A stretch of DNA of 32,000 nucleotides, taken from positions 137,539 through 169,538 of the forward strand of contig NZ_LQOM01000014.1 of NCBI RefSeq assembly GCF_002101595.1. Reading direction: 5' to 3'. A program made the position numbers and the translations under genes. Source of the stretch: Mycobacterium celatum. GTDB taxonomy: Bacteria > Actinomycetota > Actinomycetes > Mycobacteriales > Mycobacteriaceae. The notes beneath the pieces were generated by a model, which had not been told where the DNA came from, searched no databases, and saw only the letters and a program-made list of their open reading frames with translations. Shown here piece after piece: positions 22,388-31,285 of the stretch (position 1 is the stretch's first letter; each line of letters begins with the position of its first letter).

Positions 22388-23433
22388 ATTCGCCGACCGT
22401 CAGCCCCGAAAAAATGCAGATGATCGGGCTGGGGGCGCAGCCGGACCCGGCTGCCGCGCGGCGGAGGGTTGTGGCCGTCGGCGCGGACGATCACCGGATG
22501 CTCGGTTTCGGTGAGCCGCCCGTAGAGGTAGGCGTCGGCGCCAAGTTCCTCGACCACGTCGACGTCCATCTCGACGCCAAGCCCGCCCACCTCGAAATGT
22601 TCGGGCCGGATGCCGATGGTCACCTGGTCGGCGCCAATCTCCCGCAACACCGGGATCAGCCAATCGCCCAGGGACACAGCCTGATCGACCACCGGCAAGG
22701 TGAACAGATTCATCGCCGGCGAGCCGATGAACTCCGCGACGAACACGTTGACCGGGTTGCGGTAGAGCTCCCGCGGCGGCGCGTATTGCTGCAGCACACC
22801 GTCACGTAAGACCGCGACCCGGTCGCCCATGGTCATGGCTTCGACCTGGTCGTGGGTGACGTACACCGTGGTGGTGCCCAGTCGCCGCTGCAATCCGGCG
22901 ATCTGGTTGCGGGTTTGGACCCGCAGCTTCGCATCGAGGTTGGACAGCGGTTCGTCCATCAGAAACACCTGTGGGCGGCGCACGATCGCGCGACCCATCG
23001 CCACCCGCTGGCGCTGTCCGCCGGAAAGGTCTTTGGGTTTGCGATCAAGGTAGGGCTCCAGGTCAAGCAGCCGTGCCGCATCCAGCACGCGCTCGCGGAT
23101 TTCGGCCTTCGGGGTTTTGGCGATCTTCAACGCGAAACCCATGTTCTGCGCGACGCTCATGTGCGGGTAGAGCGCGTAGTTCTGAAAGACCATCGCGACG
23201 TCGCGGTCCTTGGGATCGTCGTCGGTGACGTCGCGGTCCCCGATGCGGATGCGCCCTGAGTCAACGGTTTCCAACCCGGCGATCATCCGCAGCGATGTCG
23301 TCTTGCCGCATCCGGACGGCCCGACCAGCACGACGAATTCGCCGTCGTCGACGGCCAGATCGAGGCGGTCCAGCGCCGGGCGCTGCGTGCCGGGATAGCG
23401 ACGCGTCGCCTGCTCGAAGGTCACCGCTGCCAT
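22384..23433 (-). CDS. Sugar ABC transporter ATP-binding protein (MalK/UgpC/SugC-like)
   Basis: Walker A GPSGCGKTT, Q-loop, signature LSGGQRQR, Walker B FLMDEPLSNLD, and a C-terminal MalK-type regulatory domain. Confidence 0.95.
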   Translation of the reverse strand: MAAVTFEQATRRYPGTQRPALDRLDLAVDDGEFVVLVGPSGCGKTTSLRMIAGLETVDSGRIRIGDRDVTDDDPKDRDVAMVFQNYALYPHMSVAQNMGFALKIAKTPKAEIRERVLDAARLLDLEPYLDRKPKDLSGGQRQRVAMGRAIVRRPQVFLMDEPLSNLDAKLRVQTRNQIAGLQRRLGTTTVYVTHDQVEAMTMGDRVAVLRDGVLQQYAPPRELYRNPVNVFVAEFIGSPAMNLFTLPVVDQAVSLGDWLIPVLREIGADQVTIGIRPEHFEVGGLGVEMDVDVVEELGADAYLYGRLTETEHPVIVRADGHNPPPRGSRVRLRPQPDHLHFFGADGRRI

Positions 23434-23436
23434 CGG

Positions 23437-24282
23437 TCAGCCGCCGAATCCGGTCAACGCGATACCGCGGACAAAGGCACGCTGGGCCACCGCGTAGATG
23501 ACGATTAACGGCAACAAGATGAGCATCGACGCGGCCATCAGCACCGGCCACCGCGCGACGTATTCGCCCTGCATCCGCACCAGACCGAGCGTGAGGGTGG
23601 CAATGCTCTTGCGTTGCAGCATCAACAGCGGCCACAGGAAGTCGTTCCACACATTGACCCAGGTGAGCACCGCCAGCACCATGGCCGCCGGCCGGGCGTG
23701 CGGCAACAGGATCCGCCAGTAGATCTGCCACGGCGTGCAGCCGTCGAGGATCGCGGCCTCCTCGAGATCCGTTGGCAGGGTGCGGAAGAACTGGCGCATC
23801 AGATAAGTGCCGAACGCCGTGCCGAACAAACCCGGCACGATCATCGCCCATGGGGTGTCTACCCAGTCGGCGAGCCGCATCAGGATGAACTGCGGGATCA
23901 CCGTCACCGTCAGCGGCACCATCAGCGTACCCAGATAGAGCACGAACACCGTGTCACGACCCCGAAATTGCAGCCGCGCAAACGCATATCCGGCCAGTGA
24001 GCAGAAGAACACCTGCCCGGCCGTCACACATCCGGCATAGACGACCGTGTTGGCAAACATTCGCCAAAACGGCATCAGGGTAAACACATCCCGATAGTTC
24101 GACCAGCGCGGGTGCGACGGGAACAGCGTCGCTTCGCTCACCTCGCCTTCCCGCTTCAGCGAGCCCGATACCGCCCAGGCGATCGGGAACAGCGCACACC
24201 ACGCGACACCGGTCAGCGCGGCATACAGCGTGCCGGCGCGCAGGACGCTGCGCCTGAACACTGTCACTATCAGCCCTCCCAT
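23437..24282 (-). CDS. Carbohydrate ABC transporter permease (MalG-like)
   Basis: ORF 23437..24348. The start is set at ATG 24282, which overlaps the upstream permease stop. It has multiple TM segments and the EAA-type loop DLEEAAILDGCTPWQIYWRILLP. Confidence 0.9.
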   Translation of the reverse strand: MGGLIVTVFRRSVLRAGTLYAALTGVAWCALFPIAWAVSGSLKREGEVSEATLFPSHPRWSNYRDVFTLMPFWRMFANTVVYAGCVTAGQVFFCSLAGYAFARLQFRGRDTVFVLYLGTLMVPLTVTVIPQFILMRLADWVDTPWAMIVPGLFGTAFGTYLMRQFFRTLPTDLEEAAILDGCTPWQIYWRILLPHARPAAMVLAVLTWVNVWNDFLWPLLMLQRKSIATLTLGLVRMQGEYVARWPVLMAASMLILLPLIVIYAVAQRAFVRGIALTGFGG

Positions 24283-25160
24283 GAGCGCCGTCGCGCGAAT
24301 CGCAGCTGCAGAACCGTCAACACCAGCAGGATGGCGAACATCACCCACGCCAGCGCCGAGGCGTAGCCGAACTCCAGGAAAGCAAAGGCGTGCTGGAAAA
24401 GCATGATGCCCAACACGTACGTTCCGGTCTCCGGCCCGCCGTTGCGTCCGGTTAGCACATAAACGAGGTCGAAAGCCTGGAATGCGTTGATGATCGAGAT
24501 GACCACCACAAACGACACAGCGCCGCGGATCAACGGCACGGTGATGGAGATAAATTGCCGGATCTCACGCGCGCCGTCGATTCTGGCCGCCTCGTAGACG
24601 GTTTCGGGGATCCCCTGCATTGCGGCCAGCAAGATGACCGTGGCGAAGGGAACGCTTTTCCACACGCTGACCAAACACAGCGACACCATTGCCCAGTGAG
24701 GGTCGATCAGCCACGGGACCGGCCCGACGCCGATCCAACCCAGCATGATGTTGAGCAGCCCGTTGTCGGTGTTGAACACGAACTGCCAGACGATGGCCAT
24801 CACCACCGACGACATGGCCAGCGGCAAGAAGACGACGGTCCGAAAGATGCCGATGCCCTTGATTTTCCGGTTCAGCAAGCCGGCGACCGCCAGGCTGATC
24901 AGGACCGTCGGCACAATGGTTCCGATCGTGAAGATCACCGTATTGCGCACCGCGATGAGAAACAGCGGGTCGGCGGTGAAGAGATGGCGAAAGTTCGCCA
25001 AGCCCACGAACCGCGGCACGCTGAACAGGTCCCAGTCCTGTAAGCTCATGAAAAGCGAAAAGCCCAGCGGGAACAGCATGAACACCGCCACCGCTATCAG
25101 GTTCGGGGCGACGAAGAGTCGCCCCGCCCAAGCACGTCGCCGCGAGTCGATTGCTGTCAT
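24270..25160 (-). CDS. Carbohydrate ABC transporter permease (MalF-like)
   Basis: 296 aa with TM segments and the EAA loop VYEAARIDGAREIRQFISITVP. It has a 4-nt overlap with the binding-protein gene. Confidence 0.9.
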   Translation of the reverse strand: MTAIDSRRRAWAGRLFVAPNLIAVAVFMLFPLGFSLFMSLQDWDLFSVPRFVGLANFRHLFTADPLFLIAVRNTVIFTIGTIVPTVLISLAVAGLLNRKIKGIGIFRTVVFLPLAMSSVVMAIVWQFVFNTDNGLLNIMLGWIGVGPVPWLIDPHWAMVSLCLVSVWKSVPFATVILLAAMQGIPETVYEAARIDGAREIRQFISITVPLIRGAVSFVVVISIINAFQAFDLVYVLTGRNGGPETGTYVLGIMLFQHAFAFLEFGYASALAWVMFAILLVLTVLQLRFARRRSWEG

Positions 25161-26476
25161 GGATTGCGCAGCACCTCGTCGACCTCATGTGACAGCCCGC
25201 CCGCCAACGATGTCGCGGGCCGGCTGCCTCGCAGCACCGGCCCGAAGTTGCGGTCCATCAACGCGTTGACCTTTTCCCACGCCGGGCTGACAGGCAGCCC
25301 CTCGGAGTGGGCGGGCCCGCCGGTCAGCACCGCGAGATTGCCGATCCGGCGATGTGCATCGGCGAACCCGGTGGAGTTGATCGCGGAGCGGAGCACCGGC
25401 ACGAAGAGGCTGGTTTCGCCGATGATCGCCTGACCGACGGGGCCTGCCGCGAACTTCACGAATTCCCATGCCTGCTGCTTGCGACCGCTACTCGCCGCGA
25501 TGGCAAGGCCGGTGGTACCGATGTTGGATCGGGCGCCGTGACCGCGCGGGCCCGTGGGCAACACGGTGACGTCGAAATCCAACCCCTCGGCACGGTCGAA
25601 CGTCTGGTAGCGCCAGTGCCCGCCCAGTGCCATCGCTGCCTTGCCGGAGGAGAACAAATCCATCGTCGACATCGACTGGGTCTCCGATGCCGTGGGCGCG
25701 ACCTTGTGCTTGTTGGACAGGTCGGCGTAGAACTGCACACCGTCGAGGAACGCCTTGTTGTCGAAGTTGAGGTGCGAGGGGTTCATCCGCGGATCCGACC
25801 ACGGCACACCGTTGTTCATCCCGAACAGCCCGGCCGAGTAGGACGCGACCCAGGTGTCGACGAAACCCCACCGGGCCACTCTCCCCGACCGGTCGCGCCT
25901 GGTGAGAGCCTTGGCCGTATCGAGGAATTCGGCAAAACTCCACGGCCGGTCCCACTGCCCCGGCGGCTTCGGCACGCCGGCCTCGGCGAAGTGTTCCTTG
26001 TTGTAGTACAAGAAGTTTCCCGACCACTGCTCCGGAAAGGCGTATTGGCCGCCGTCGAACGTGAAGGTCTGGTACAGCGAGCCGATGCTGTCGCGTTTGA
26101 GTTCGGCGGCGAAGGCCGGATCGCGGGCCAGCATGGTGTTGAGGTCGAGCAGGACTCCCCGGTCGGCCAACCCCGCGTAGCTGAATTCCCACGCCATCAG
26201 CACATCCGGGCACTTACCGCCGGCACAAAACGTCGACATCTGCTGCATGGGGTCCGGTCCCGACAACAACGTCCGCACCTTGATGTCGGGGTGCCGATGC
26301 TCGAACGCGTCGACGATGCGCATCCGGGCGTCGGCCTCTTCCGGGTTGGCGGCGAAGAAGAAGGTCAGCGCGTCGTCGTCGGGGGCACACGCTAAAGGCC
26401 ACGGCGCCAGCGACGCCGCGCCGAGTACACCGGCGCCACGCAGGAGTGTCCGCCGTCCGAACGACTTAGCGACCAT
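25157..26476 (-). CDS. Sugar ABC transporter substrate-binding lipoprotein
   Basis: This is the C-terminal 439 codons of ORF 25157..27121, starting at ATG 26476: MVAKSFGRRTLLRGAGVLGAASLAPWPLAC (a twin-Arg-like signal plus lipobox), followed by a family-1 solute-binding domain. Confidence 0.9.
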   Translation of the reverse strand: MVAKSFGRRTLLRGAGVLGAASLAPWPLACAPDDDALTFFFAANPEEADARMRIVDAFEHRHPDIKVRTLLSGPDPMQQMSTFCAGGKCPDVLMAWEFSYAGLADRGVLLDLNTMLARDPAFAAELKRDSIGSLYQTFTFDGGQYAFPEQWSGNFLYYNKEHFAEAGVPKPPGQWDRPWSFAEFLDTAKALTRRDRSGRVARWGFVDTWVASYSAGLFGMNNGVPWSDPRMNPSHLNFDNKAFLDGVQFYADLSNKHKVAPTASETQSMSTMDLFSSGKAAMALGGHWRYQTFDRAEGLDFDVTVLPTGPRGHGARSNIGTTGLAIAASSGRKQQAWEFVKFAAGPVGQAIIGETSLFVPVLRSAINSTGFADAHRRIGNLAVLTGGPAHSEGLPVSPAWEKVNALMDRNFGPVLRGSRPATSLAGGLSHEVDEVLRNP

Positions 26477-27347
26477 GGCGCATTGATTGTGGCAGTGCAA
26501 GAGCAGCGGCGCGCAGCCGATTGCGGTCACCGATGATGTCGATGGCGTGAATGCGGCCGCCGTCGATCGCGATGACCAGCAGCGCCTGCAGCCGTCCGCC
26601 CGGGGCGATCGCGATGCCGGGTGCTCCGTCGACGAGCAGCACGGCGCCGGCCCGGGCGCGCCCGGTGAAGCGCCGGGTTTCCTCGGCGACCCGCCGGGCG
26701 CCGCGAACTTCGGTGGGCACGTCGTCGGGCACCAGGACGCGGTCCACCCGGCGCACCACATCCGGGGCCAGCAGGTGCAGCAGGGTGGCCATGTCACCGC
26801 CGCGCGAGGCCGCCAGGAATGCCTCCACGATCGGGAGGTGCTCGGTCGTCGGCGCGGGTTCGACGGGCGGTGCCGCGTGCAGGCGTGTCCGGGCCCGGCT
26901 GCCCAGCTTCTTGGCCGCGTCCGGCGACCGGTCCAGCAGCTCGCCGATGATCTCGAACGGCACGGCGAACACGTCGTGCAAGACGAACGCGACCCGCTGC
27001 GCGGGTGAAAGCCGGTCGAGCACCACCAGCAGCGCCCGGTTGACCGAGTCGGCCAGCAGCACCTCCTCGTCCGCCGACACCGTCGCCGGATGATCCTGCT
27101 CCTCCAGCGGTAGCTCGGCACGCCTGTTGCGGGCGCGCAACTGGTCGATTGCTTCGCGCGCCGTGATCGTTGTGAACCAGCCGGTCAAGTTCACGACGGC
27201 GTCCGGGTCGGCGCGGCTGGCCTTGAGCCAAGCGGACTGCACCGCATCCTCGGCGTCGGCGGCGGAACCTAGCAGGTGAAACGCCACCGAGCGCAAGTGT
27301 GGTCGGTCCGCGTCGAACCGCTGCGCGAGGTTCTCGATCGTGCTCAT
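26466..27347 (-). CDS. ECF sigma factor with a fused C-terminal NTF2/SnoaL-like domain (ECF41-like; SigI/SigJ-like architecture)
   Basis: Sigma-2 region: HLRSVAFHLLGSAADAEDAVQSAWLK...GWFTTITAREAIDQLRARNRR. Sigma-4 region: LSPAQRVAFVLHDVFAVPFEIIGELLDRSPDAAKKLGSRAR. A roughly 110-aa extension follows (IVEAFLAASRGGDMATLLHLLAPDVV...). The gene's 3' end overlaps the binding-protein start by 11 nt. Confidence 0.88.
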   Translation of the reverse strand: MSTIENLAQRFDADRPHLRSVAFHLLGSAADAEDAVQSAWLKASRADPDAVVNLTGWFTTITAREAIDQLRARNRRAELPLEEQDHPATVSADEEVLLADSVNRALLVVLDRLSPAQRVAFVLHDVFAVPFEIIGELLDRSPDAAKKLGSRARTRLHAAPPVEPAPTTEHLPIVEAFLAASRGGDMATLLHLLAPDVVRRVDRVLVPDDVPTEVRGARRVAEETRRFTGRARAGAVLLVDGAPGIAIAPGGRLQALLVIAIDGGRIHAIDIIGDRNRLRAAALALPQSMRHGR

Positions 27348-27348
27348 G

Positions 27349-27375
27349 GGTCACCTTTCCGGCGCGGGAGTCGTC
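27349..27375 (+). promoter_or_regulatory. ECF41-type promoter-like motif upstream of the DoxX gene
   Basis: GGTCACC (27349-27355), a 16-nt spacer, then CGTC (27372-27375). The ECF41 target-promoter consensus I recall is TGTCACA-N16-CGTC. The motif lies 42 nt upstream of ATG 27417. Confidence 0.4.
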
Positions 27376-27416
27376 AACGAGGTGAGATCAACATTCCGCT
27401 GCCAAGGAGACCAGAC

Positions 27417-27764
27417 ATGAGCATTGCATACCTCGTGGTCACGACGATCACCGTCGTGGTCACCGCCGGAATCGCGGTGGCCGACTACATTCCGGCCGGG
27501 TTTGTGTTGGCCAACTCCGCCGAGGTAGGCGTGCGGCGCTCGTGGCTGCCGATGCTCGGAACGCTCAAGCTGGCCGGAGCGCTCGGTCTGCTCGCCGGTC
27601 TGGTTGTGCCCGCGATCGGCATTGCGGCCGCTGCGGGCCTGGTGTTGTTCTTCCTCGGCGCCATAGTCACCCATGTTCGGGCCGGGGTGCTCTACAACAT
27701 CGCGTTCCCGGGCGCCTACCTGTTGCTGTCGACGGCGTCATTGGTACTGCTGGCCGCGAAGTAG
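27417..27764 (+). CDS. DoxX-family small integral membrane protein
   Basis: This is the in-frame part of ORF 27276..27764, from ATG 27417 (AAGGAGA upstream). It has four hydrophobic segments and the motif LGTLKLAGALGLLAGL...GAIVTHVRAG typical of DoxX-like proteins. Confidence 0.8.
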   Translation: MSIAYLVVTTITVVVTAGIAVADYIPAGFVLANSAEVGVRRSWLPMLGTLKLAGALGLLAGLVVPAIGIAAAAGLVLFFLGAIVTHVRAGVLYNIAFPGAYLLLSTASLVLLAAK

Positions 27765-28543
27765 CGGACCCGCTGGATTACTGCGCCGCGCGCGGCCATG
27801 TCGGCGAACAGGACCCCGCGGCCCTGCCGCGCGGTGATCGAGGCCGCGACGGTGGGACCGGCACCGATGAGCTTCGTGCAGCCGGCACCGCCGAGCCGCT
27901 CGATCATATCGGTGACGTCGACGTCCTCGTCGTCACCGAAAGTCATTGTGGCCGTTGGTGAAAGCGCTCGCAGCGCGGCGAATTTGTCGCCAGAGGCGAC
28001 CGCGCTCAGGAAGCCGTCCACCAGCCGCTTGTGGCGAGAACCCACCCGGCGGAAGCCGGTAGCGAACCCGACTGTGCCACGCAATCCCTGGTTGCCTAAC
28101 AACGCTTGCGACAGTTGCAGGCCTGCCGGCGCGGCCGTCAGCCCGTTGCGCAGGAACTGGCCCATCATGCTCGGCAGCTCCCAATAGGCGCGCAACGCAG
28201 CGATCTTCCATGTCCCGTCGACCTCGCGCAGGTCGTAGCGCAGGACCGCCGGGATGTGCATCGTGACGGCCCGACCCATCGCCACCTCGAGCTCGAGATC
28301 GCGGATCACGGCCGAGCCTTGCACGATGTCGAGGTCCCGATGAAACGTGATGCCGCGCGGCCCGATGAAGGTGTCGTAGAAGCGGCCGATCTGCACCGGA
28401 CCCACATGCGGCCGCGAGCCGACCGGATCCTCGACACGCCCGTCGTCGGTGAACAGGCACACCCAGCCCGCACGATCGTGTGCGGCCGCGGCCCGCGGCG
28501 AGTCCTCGACCGTCGCCAACAGATCCGACTGCGTCTGGTCCAT
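27716..28543 (-). CDS. Tandem NTF2-like (SnoaL/ketosteroid-isomerase-like) protein, Rv2042c-like position
   Basis: This is the in-frame part of ORF 27716..28903, from ATG 28543 (MDQTQSDLL), which overlaps the pncA stop as TGATG. WVCLFTDDGRVEDPVG is typical of an NTF2-like fold. The last 49 nt overlap the convergent DoxX gene. Confidence 0.75.
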   Translation of the reverse strand: MDQTQSDLLATVEDSPRAAAAHDRAGWVCLFTDDGRVEDPVGSRPHVGPVQIGRFYDTFIGPRGITFHRDLDIVQGSAVIRDLELEVAMGRAVTMHIPAVLRYDLREVDGTWKIAALRAYWELPSMMGQFLRNGLTAAPAGLQLSQALLGNQGLRGTVGFATGFRRVGSRHKRLVDGFLSAVASGDKFAALRALSPTATMTFGDDEDVDVTDMIERLGGAGCTKLIGAGPTVAASITARQGRGVLFADMAARGAVIQRVRYFAASSTNDAVDSNR

Positions 28544-29100
28544 CAGGTCCTCTGCAACACCGCGACGCCGGCGCCCCGCAGCTCGTCGATAGCGGCGGCG
28601 GTGGTCTTCTCCCCCACTCCCGCCGTCAGGTCCAGTAGTACCCGGGTGGCGAAGCCCGCTCGCGCGGCGTCCTCGGCGGTTGCGCGGACGCAGTGGTCGG
28701 TGGCGATGCCGACCACGTCGACCTCGTCGACACCGTGCTGTCGCAGCCACTCGGCCAGCGGCGTGCCGGCGTCGTCGACGCCCTCGAAACCGCTGTATCC
28801 CGCGCTGTAGGCGCCCTTGCGAAAGACGGCCTCGATCCGGCTGTCGTCGAGATCGGGGTGCAGCTCCGCCCCGGGAGTTCCAGCGACGCAGTGCGGCGGC
28901 CACGTCGACGCATAGTCGGGATGGTCGGAGAAATGGTCGCCGGGATCTACGTGGAAGTCCTGGGTGGCCACCACATGGGGATAGTCCGAGGCATGCAGGT
29001 AATCGGAAATGGCGCGGGCCACGGCGGCCCCGCCACTCACGGCCAGCGAGCCGCCCTCGCAGAAGTCGTTTTGCACGTCGACGATGATCAACGCCCGCAT
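28543..29100 (-). CDS. pncA: Pyrazinamidase/nicotinamidase PncA
   Basis: MRALIIVDVQNDFCEGGSLAV...WPPHCV.GTPGA...VDVVGIATDHCVR is near-identical in pattern to mycobacterial PncA. The catalytic Asp8, Lys and Cys (ATDHC) residues and the metal-binding His/Asp residues are present. Confidence 0.95.
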   Translation of the reverse strand: MRALIIVDVQNDFCEGGSLAVSGGAAVARAISDYLHASDYPHVVATQDFHVDPGDHFSDHPDYASTWPPHCVAGTPGAELHPDLDDSRIEAVFRKGAYSAGYSGFEGVDDAGTPLAEWLRQHGVDEVDVVGIATDHCVRATAEDAARAGFATRVLLDLTAGVGEKTTAAAIDELRGAGVAVLQRT

Positions 29101-29210
29101 ATCACCACCGTATCGCCGGCGGCACCATGAGCAGCCGGGACGGAAGATTAGACTTCCTAACTTGCCGGCGGAAAGGCTGTGCGTTGCATCGCGTAGCCTG
29201 TCAAATTATA

Positions 29211-29231
29211 GTCCAGACACGTGTCCAGACA
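29211..29231. promoter_or_regulatory. Direct repeat GTCCAGACA x2 enclosing the 10-bp palindrome GACACGTGTC, in the pncA / GT4 divergent intergenic region
   Basis: GTCCAGACA occurs at 29211-29219 and 29223-29231. The perfect palindrome is at 29216-29225. An AT-rich TCAAATTATAG lies immediately upstream. Confidence 0.3.
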
Positions 29232-29297
29232 GTTCGCCGACTCCCTCACCCATCCCTCTGCCGTAATTGACGGCGGCGCTGCCGCAGCGAAGCGGGC

Positions 29298-30560
29298 ATG
29301 AGCATGCGGATTGCTTTGCTGTCCTATCGCAGCAAGACGCACTGCGGCGGACAGGGCGTATATGTGCGGCACTTGAGCCGCGGCCTGGTCGAACTCGGAC
29401 ATCACGTCGAGGTGTTCTCCGGTCAGCCTTATCCCGACGGGCTCGATCCGCGGGTGGTGCTGACGCCGGTGCCGAGCCTGGACATGTATCGCGAACCCGA
29501 TCCGTTCCGGATTCCCCATCCGCGCGAGATCCGGGATCGCATCGATCTCCTTGAGCTGGGCACAGTGTGGACGGCGGGTTTCCCCGAGCCGCGCACCTTC
29601 AGCCTGCGGGCCGCGCGCCTGCTGGCCGAGCGGGCAGACGAGTTCGACGTCGTGCACGACAACCAGAGCCTGGGTGACGGCCTGCTGTCGATCGCGGCCA
29701 GCGGCCTTCCGGTGGTGGCGACCGTGCACCACCCGATCACCCGTGACCGGTTGGTGGATCTGGGGGCGGCGCGATGGTGGCGTAAACCGTTGGTACGCCG
29801 CTGGTATGGCTTCTTGAAGATGCAGGAGCGGGTGGCCCGCAGCATTCCCGATCTGCTGACCGTCTCGTCGTCGTCGGCCACCGACATCATCACCGACTTC
29901 GGGGTGGCGCCCGACCAGCTGCACGTGGTGCCGCTCGGTGTCGACACCGCCCTGTTCGCCCCGGCGGCGAAGCCGCGAGTGCCCAGGCGGATCATCGCGA
30001 TCGCGAGCGCCGACCGACCGCTCAAGGGCGTCGGGCATCTGTTGCAGGCCGTGGCCAAGCTGCGCGTCGAACACGACCTGGAACTGCAACTGGTCGCCAA
30101 GTTGGAACCCAACGGCCCTACCGAGAAGCTGATCGCCGAACTCGGCATCTCCGACATTGTCCACACCTCCAGCGGGCTCTCCGACAGCGAGCTGGCGGGC
30201 CTGTTGGCCTCAGCCGAGATCGCTTGTATCCCTTCACTTTACGAAGGATTTTCGCTGCCGGCAGTGGAGGCGATGGCCAGCGGTACGCCGATCGTGGCCA
30301 GCCGCGCCGGCGCGTTGCCCGAGGTGCTGGGCCCCGACGGCGACTGCGCCAGGCTGGTGCCGCCCGGTGATGCCGCCGAGTTGATCCGGGTGGTGGGTGA
30401 GCTGCTGGCATCGCCGGAGCAGCGGCACCGGCTCGGGGCGGCGGGTCGCCGGCGGGCACTGGAGGTGTTCAGCTGGGAGTCGGTGGCCGCACAGACGGCT
30501 CGCGTCTACGAACGTGCGATCGCTCGCAACTCCCCGGCGGCGGTGGCCGAACCGTGCTGA
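29298..30560 (+). CDS. GT4-family (group 1) glycosyltransferase
   Basis: MSMRIALLSYRSKTHCGGQGVYVRHLSRGL is a GT-B N-terminal domain. The C-terminal EX7E region reads PSLYEGFSLPAVEAMASGTPIVASRAGALPEV. Confidence 0.9.
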   Translation: MSMRIALLSYRSKTHCGGQGVYVRHLSRGLVELGHHVEVFSGQPYPDGLDPRVVLTPVPSLDMYREPDPFRIPHPREIRDRIDLLELGTVWTAGFPEPRTFSLRAARLLAERADEFDVVHDNQSLGDGLLSIAASGLPVVATVHHPITRDRLVDLGAARWWRKPLVRRWYGFLKMQERVARSIPDLLTVSSSSATDIITDFGVAPDQLHVVPLGVDTALFAPAAKPRVPRRIIAIASADRPLKGVGHLLQAVAKLRVEHDLELQLVAKLEPNGPTEKLIAELGISDIVHTSSGLSDSELAGLLASAEIACIPSLYEGFSLPAVEAMASGTPIVASRAGALPEVLGPDGDCARLVPPGDAAELIRVVGELLASPEQRHRLGAAGRRRALEVFSWESVAAQTARVYERAIARNSPAAVAEPC

Positions 30561-31285
30561 CCGTCGACTTCGACCGGCTCGGCGTCGGACCCGGAACCAA
30601 GGTCATCGACGTCGGCTGCGGCGCGGGCCGGCACAGCTTCGAGGCATACCGCCGTGGCGCCGACGTGGTGGCCTTCGACCAGGACGCCGCCGAACTGGAG
30701 CAGGTCGGCACCCTGTTGCGCGCCATGGCGGAAGCCGGTGAAGCACCGACCTCGGCGACCGCGGAGACCGTCATCGGCGATGCGCTGGCACTGCCCTATC
30801 CCGACGGCACCTTCGACTGCGTCATCGCATCGGAAATCCTGGAGCACGTACCCGCCGACGACACCGCGATCGGCGAGCTGATCCGGGTGCTCAAAGTCGG
30901 TGGCATGCTGGCCGTCACCGTGCCCCGGTGGCTGCCCGAGCAGCTGTGCTGGCTACTGTCCGACGACTACCACAGCAACGACGGCGGCCACATCAGGATC
31001 TACCGGGCCAGCCGGCTGCGCGACAAGATCGCGAACGCGGGAATGAAATTCACCCACACCCACCATGCACATGCTCTCCATGCACCATTCTGGTGGCTGA
31101 AATGTGCTGTGGGCGTGTCTAATTCGGATCACCCCGCCGTGGCGGCCTATCACCGGCTGCTGGTGTGGGACATGATGCAGCGGCCGTGGATCACCCGGCT
31201 CGCCGAATCGGCGCTCAACCCGCTGGTCGGCAAAAGCGTCGCACTGTACTTCGAGAAACCGGTAGGCGCCGTTGAACTGGTCTGA
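30554..31285 (+). CDS. Class I SAM-dependent methyltransferase
   Basis: GTG 30554 overlaps the GT4 stop by 7 nt. Motif I is VIDVGCGAGRHS, post-I is VVAFD, and LEHV is also present. Confidence 0.9.
   Translation: MLTVDFDRLGVGPGTKVIDVGCGAGRHSFEAYRRGADVVAFDQDAAELEQVGTLLRAMAEAGEAPTSATAETVIGDALALPYPDGTFDCVIASEILEHVPADDTAIGELIRVLKVGGMLAVTVPRWLPEQLCWLLSDDYHSNDGGHIRIYRASRLRDKIANAGMKFTHTHHAHALHAPFWWLKCAVGVSNSDHPAVAAYHRLLVWDMMQRPWITRLAESALNPLVGKSVALYFEKPVGAVELV

Noticed and set aside
25307-26395. 362-aa plus-strand ORF (and 25488..26213 minus) inside the binding-protein gene
   Set aside because: These are antisense or alternative frames of a well-supported solute-binding protein, with no motifs.
26477-27121. 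N-terminal extension making the sugar-binding protein a 654-aa ORF
   Set aside because: The extension is an alternative frame of the ECF sigma gene, Arg/Pro/Trp/Cys-rich. The real protein starts at ATG 26476 with a twin-Arg/lipobox signal.
28544-28903. N-terminal 120 codons of ORF 27716..28903
   Set aside because: This is an alternative frame of pncA. ATG 28543, coupled to the pncA stop, gives the NTF2-like protein a normal N-terminus.
29157-30164. 335-aa and 245-aa minus-strand ORFs antisense to the GT4 gene
   Set aside because: These are shadow ORFs of a gene with clear GT4 motifs in the plus frame, and are low in complexity.
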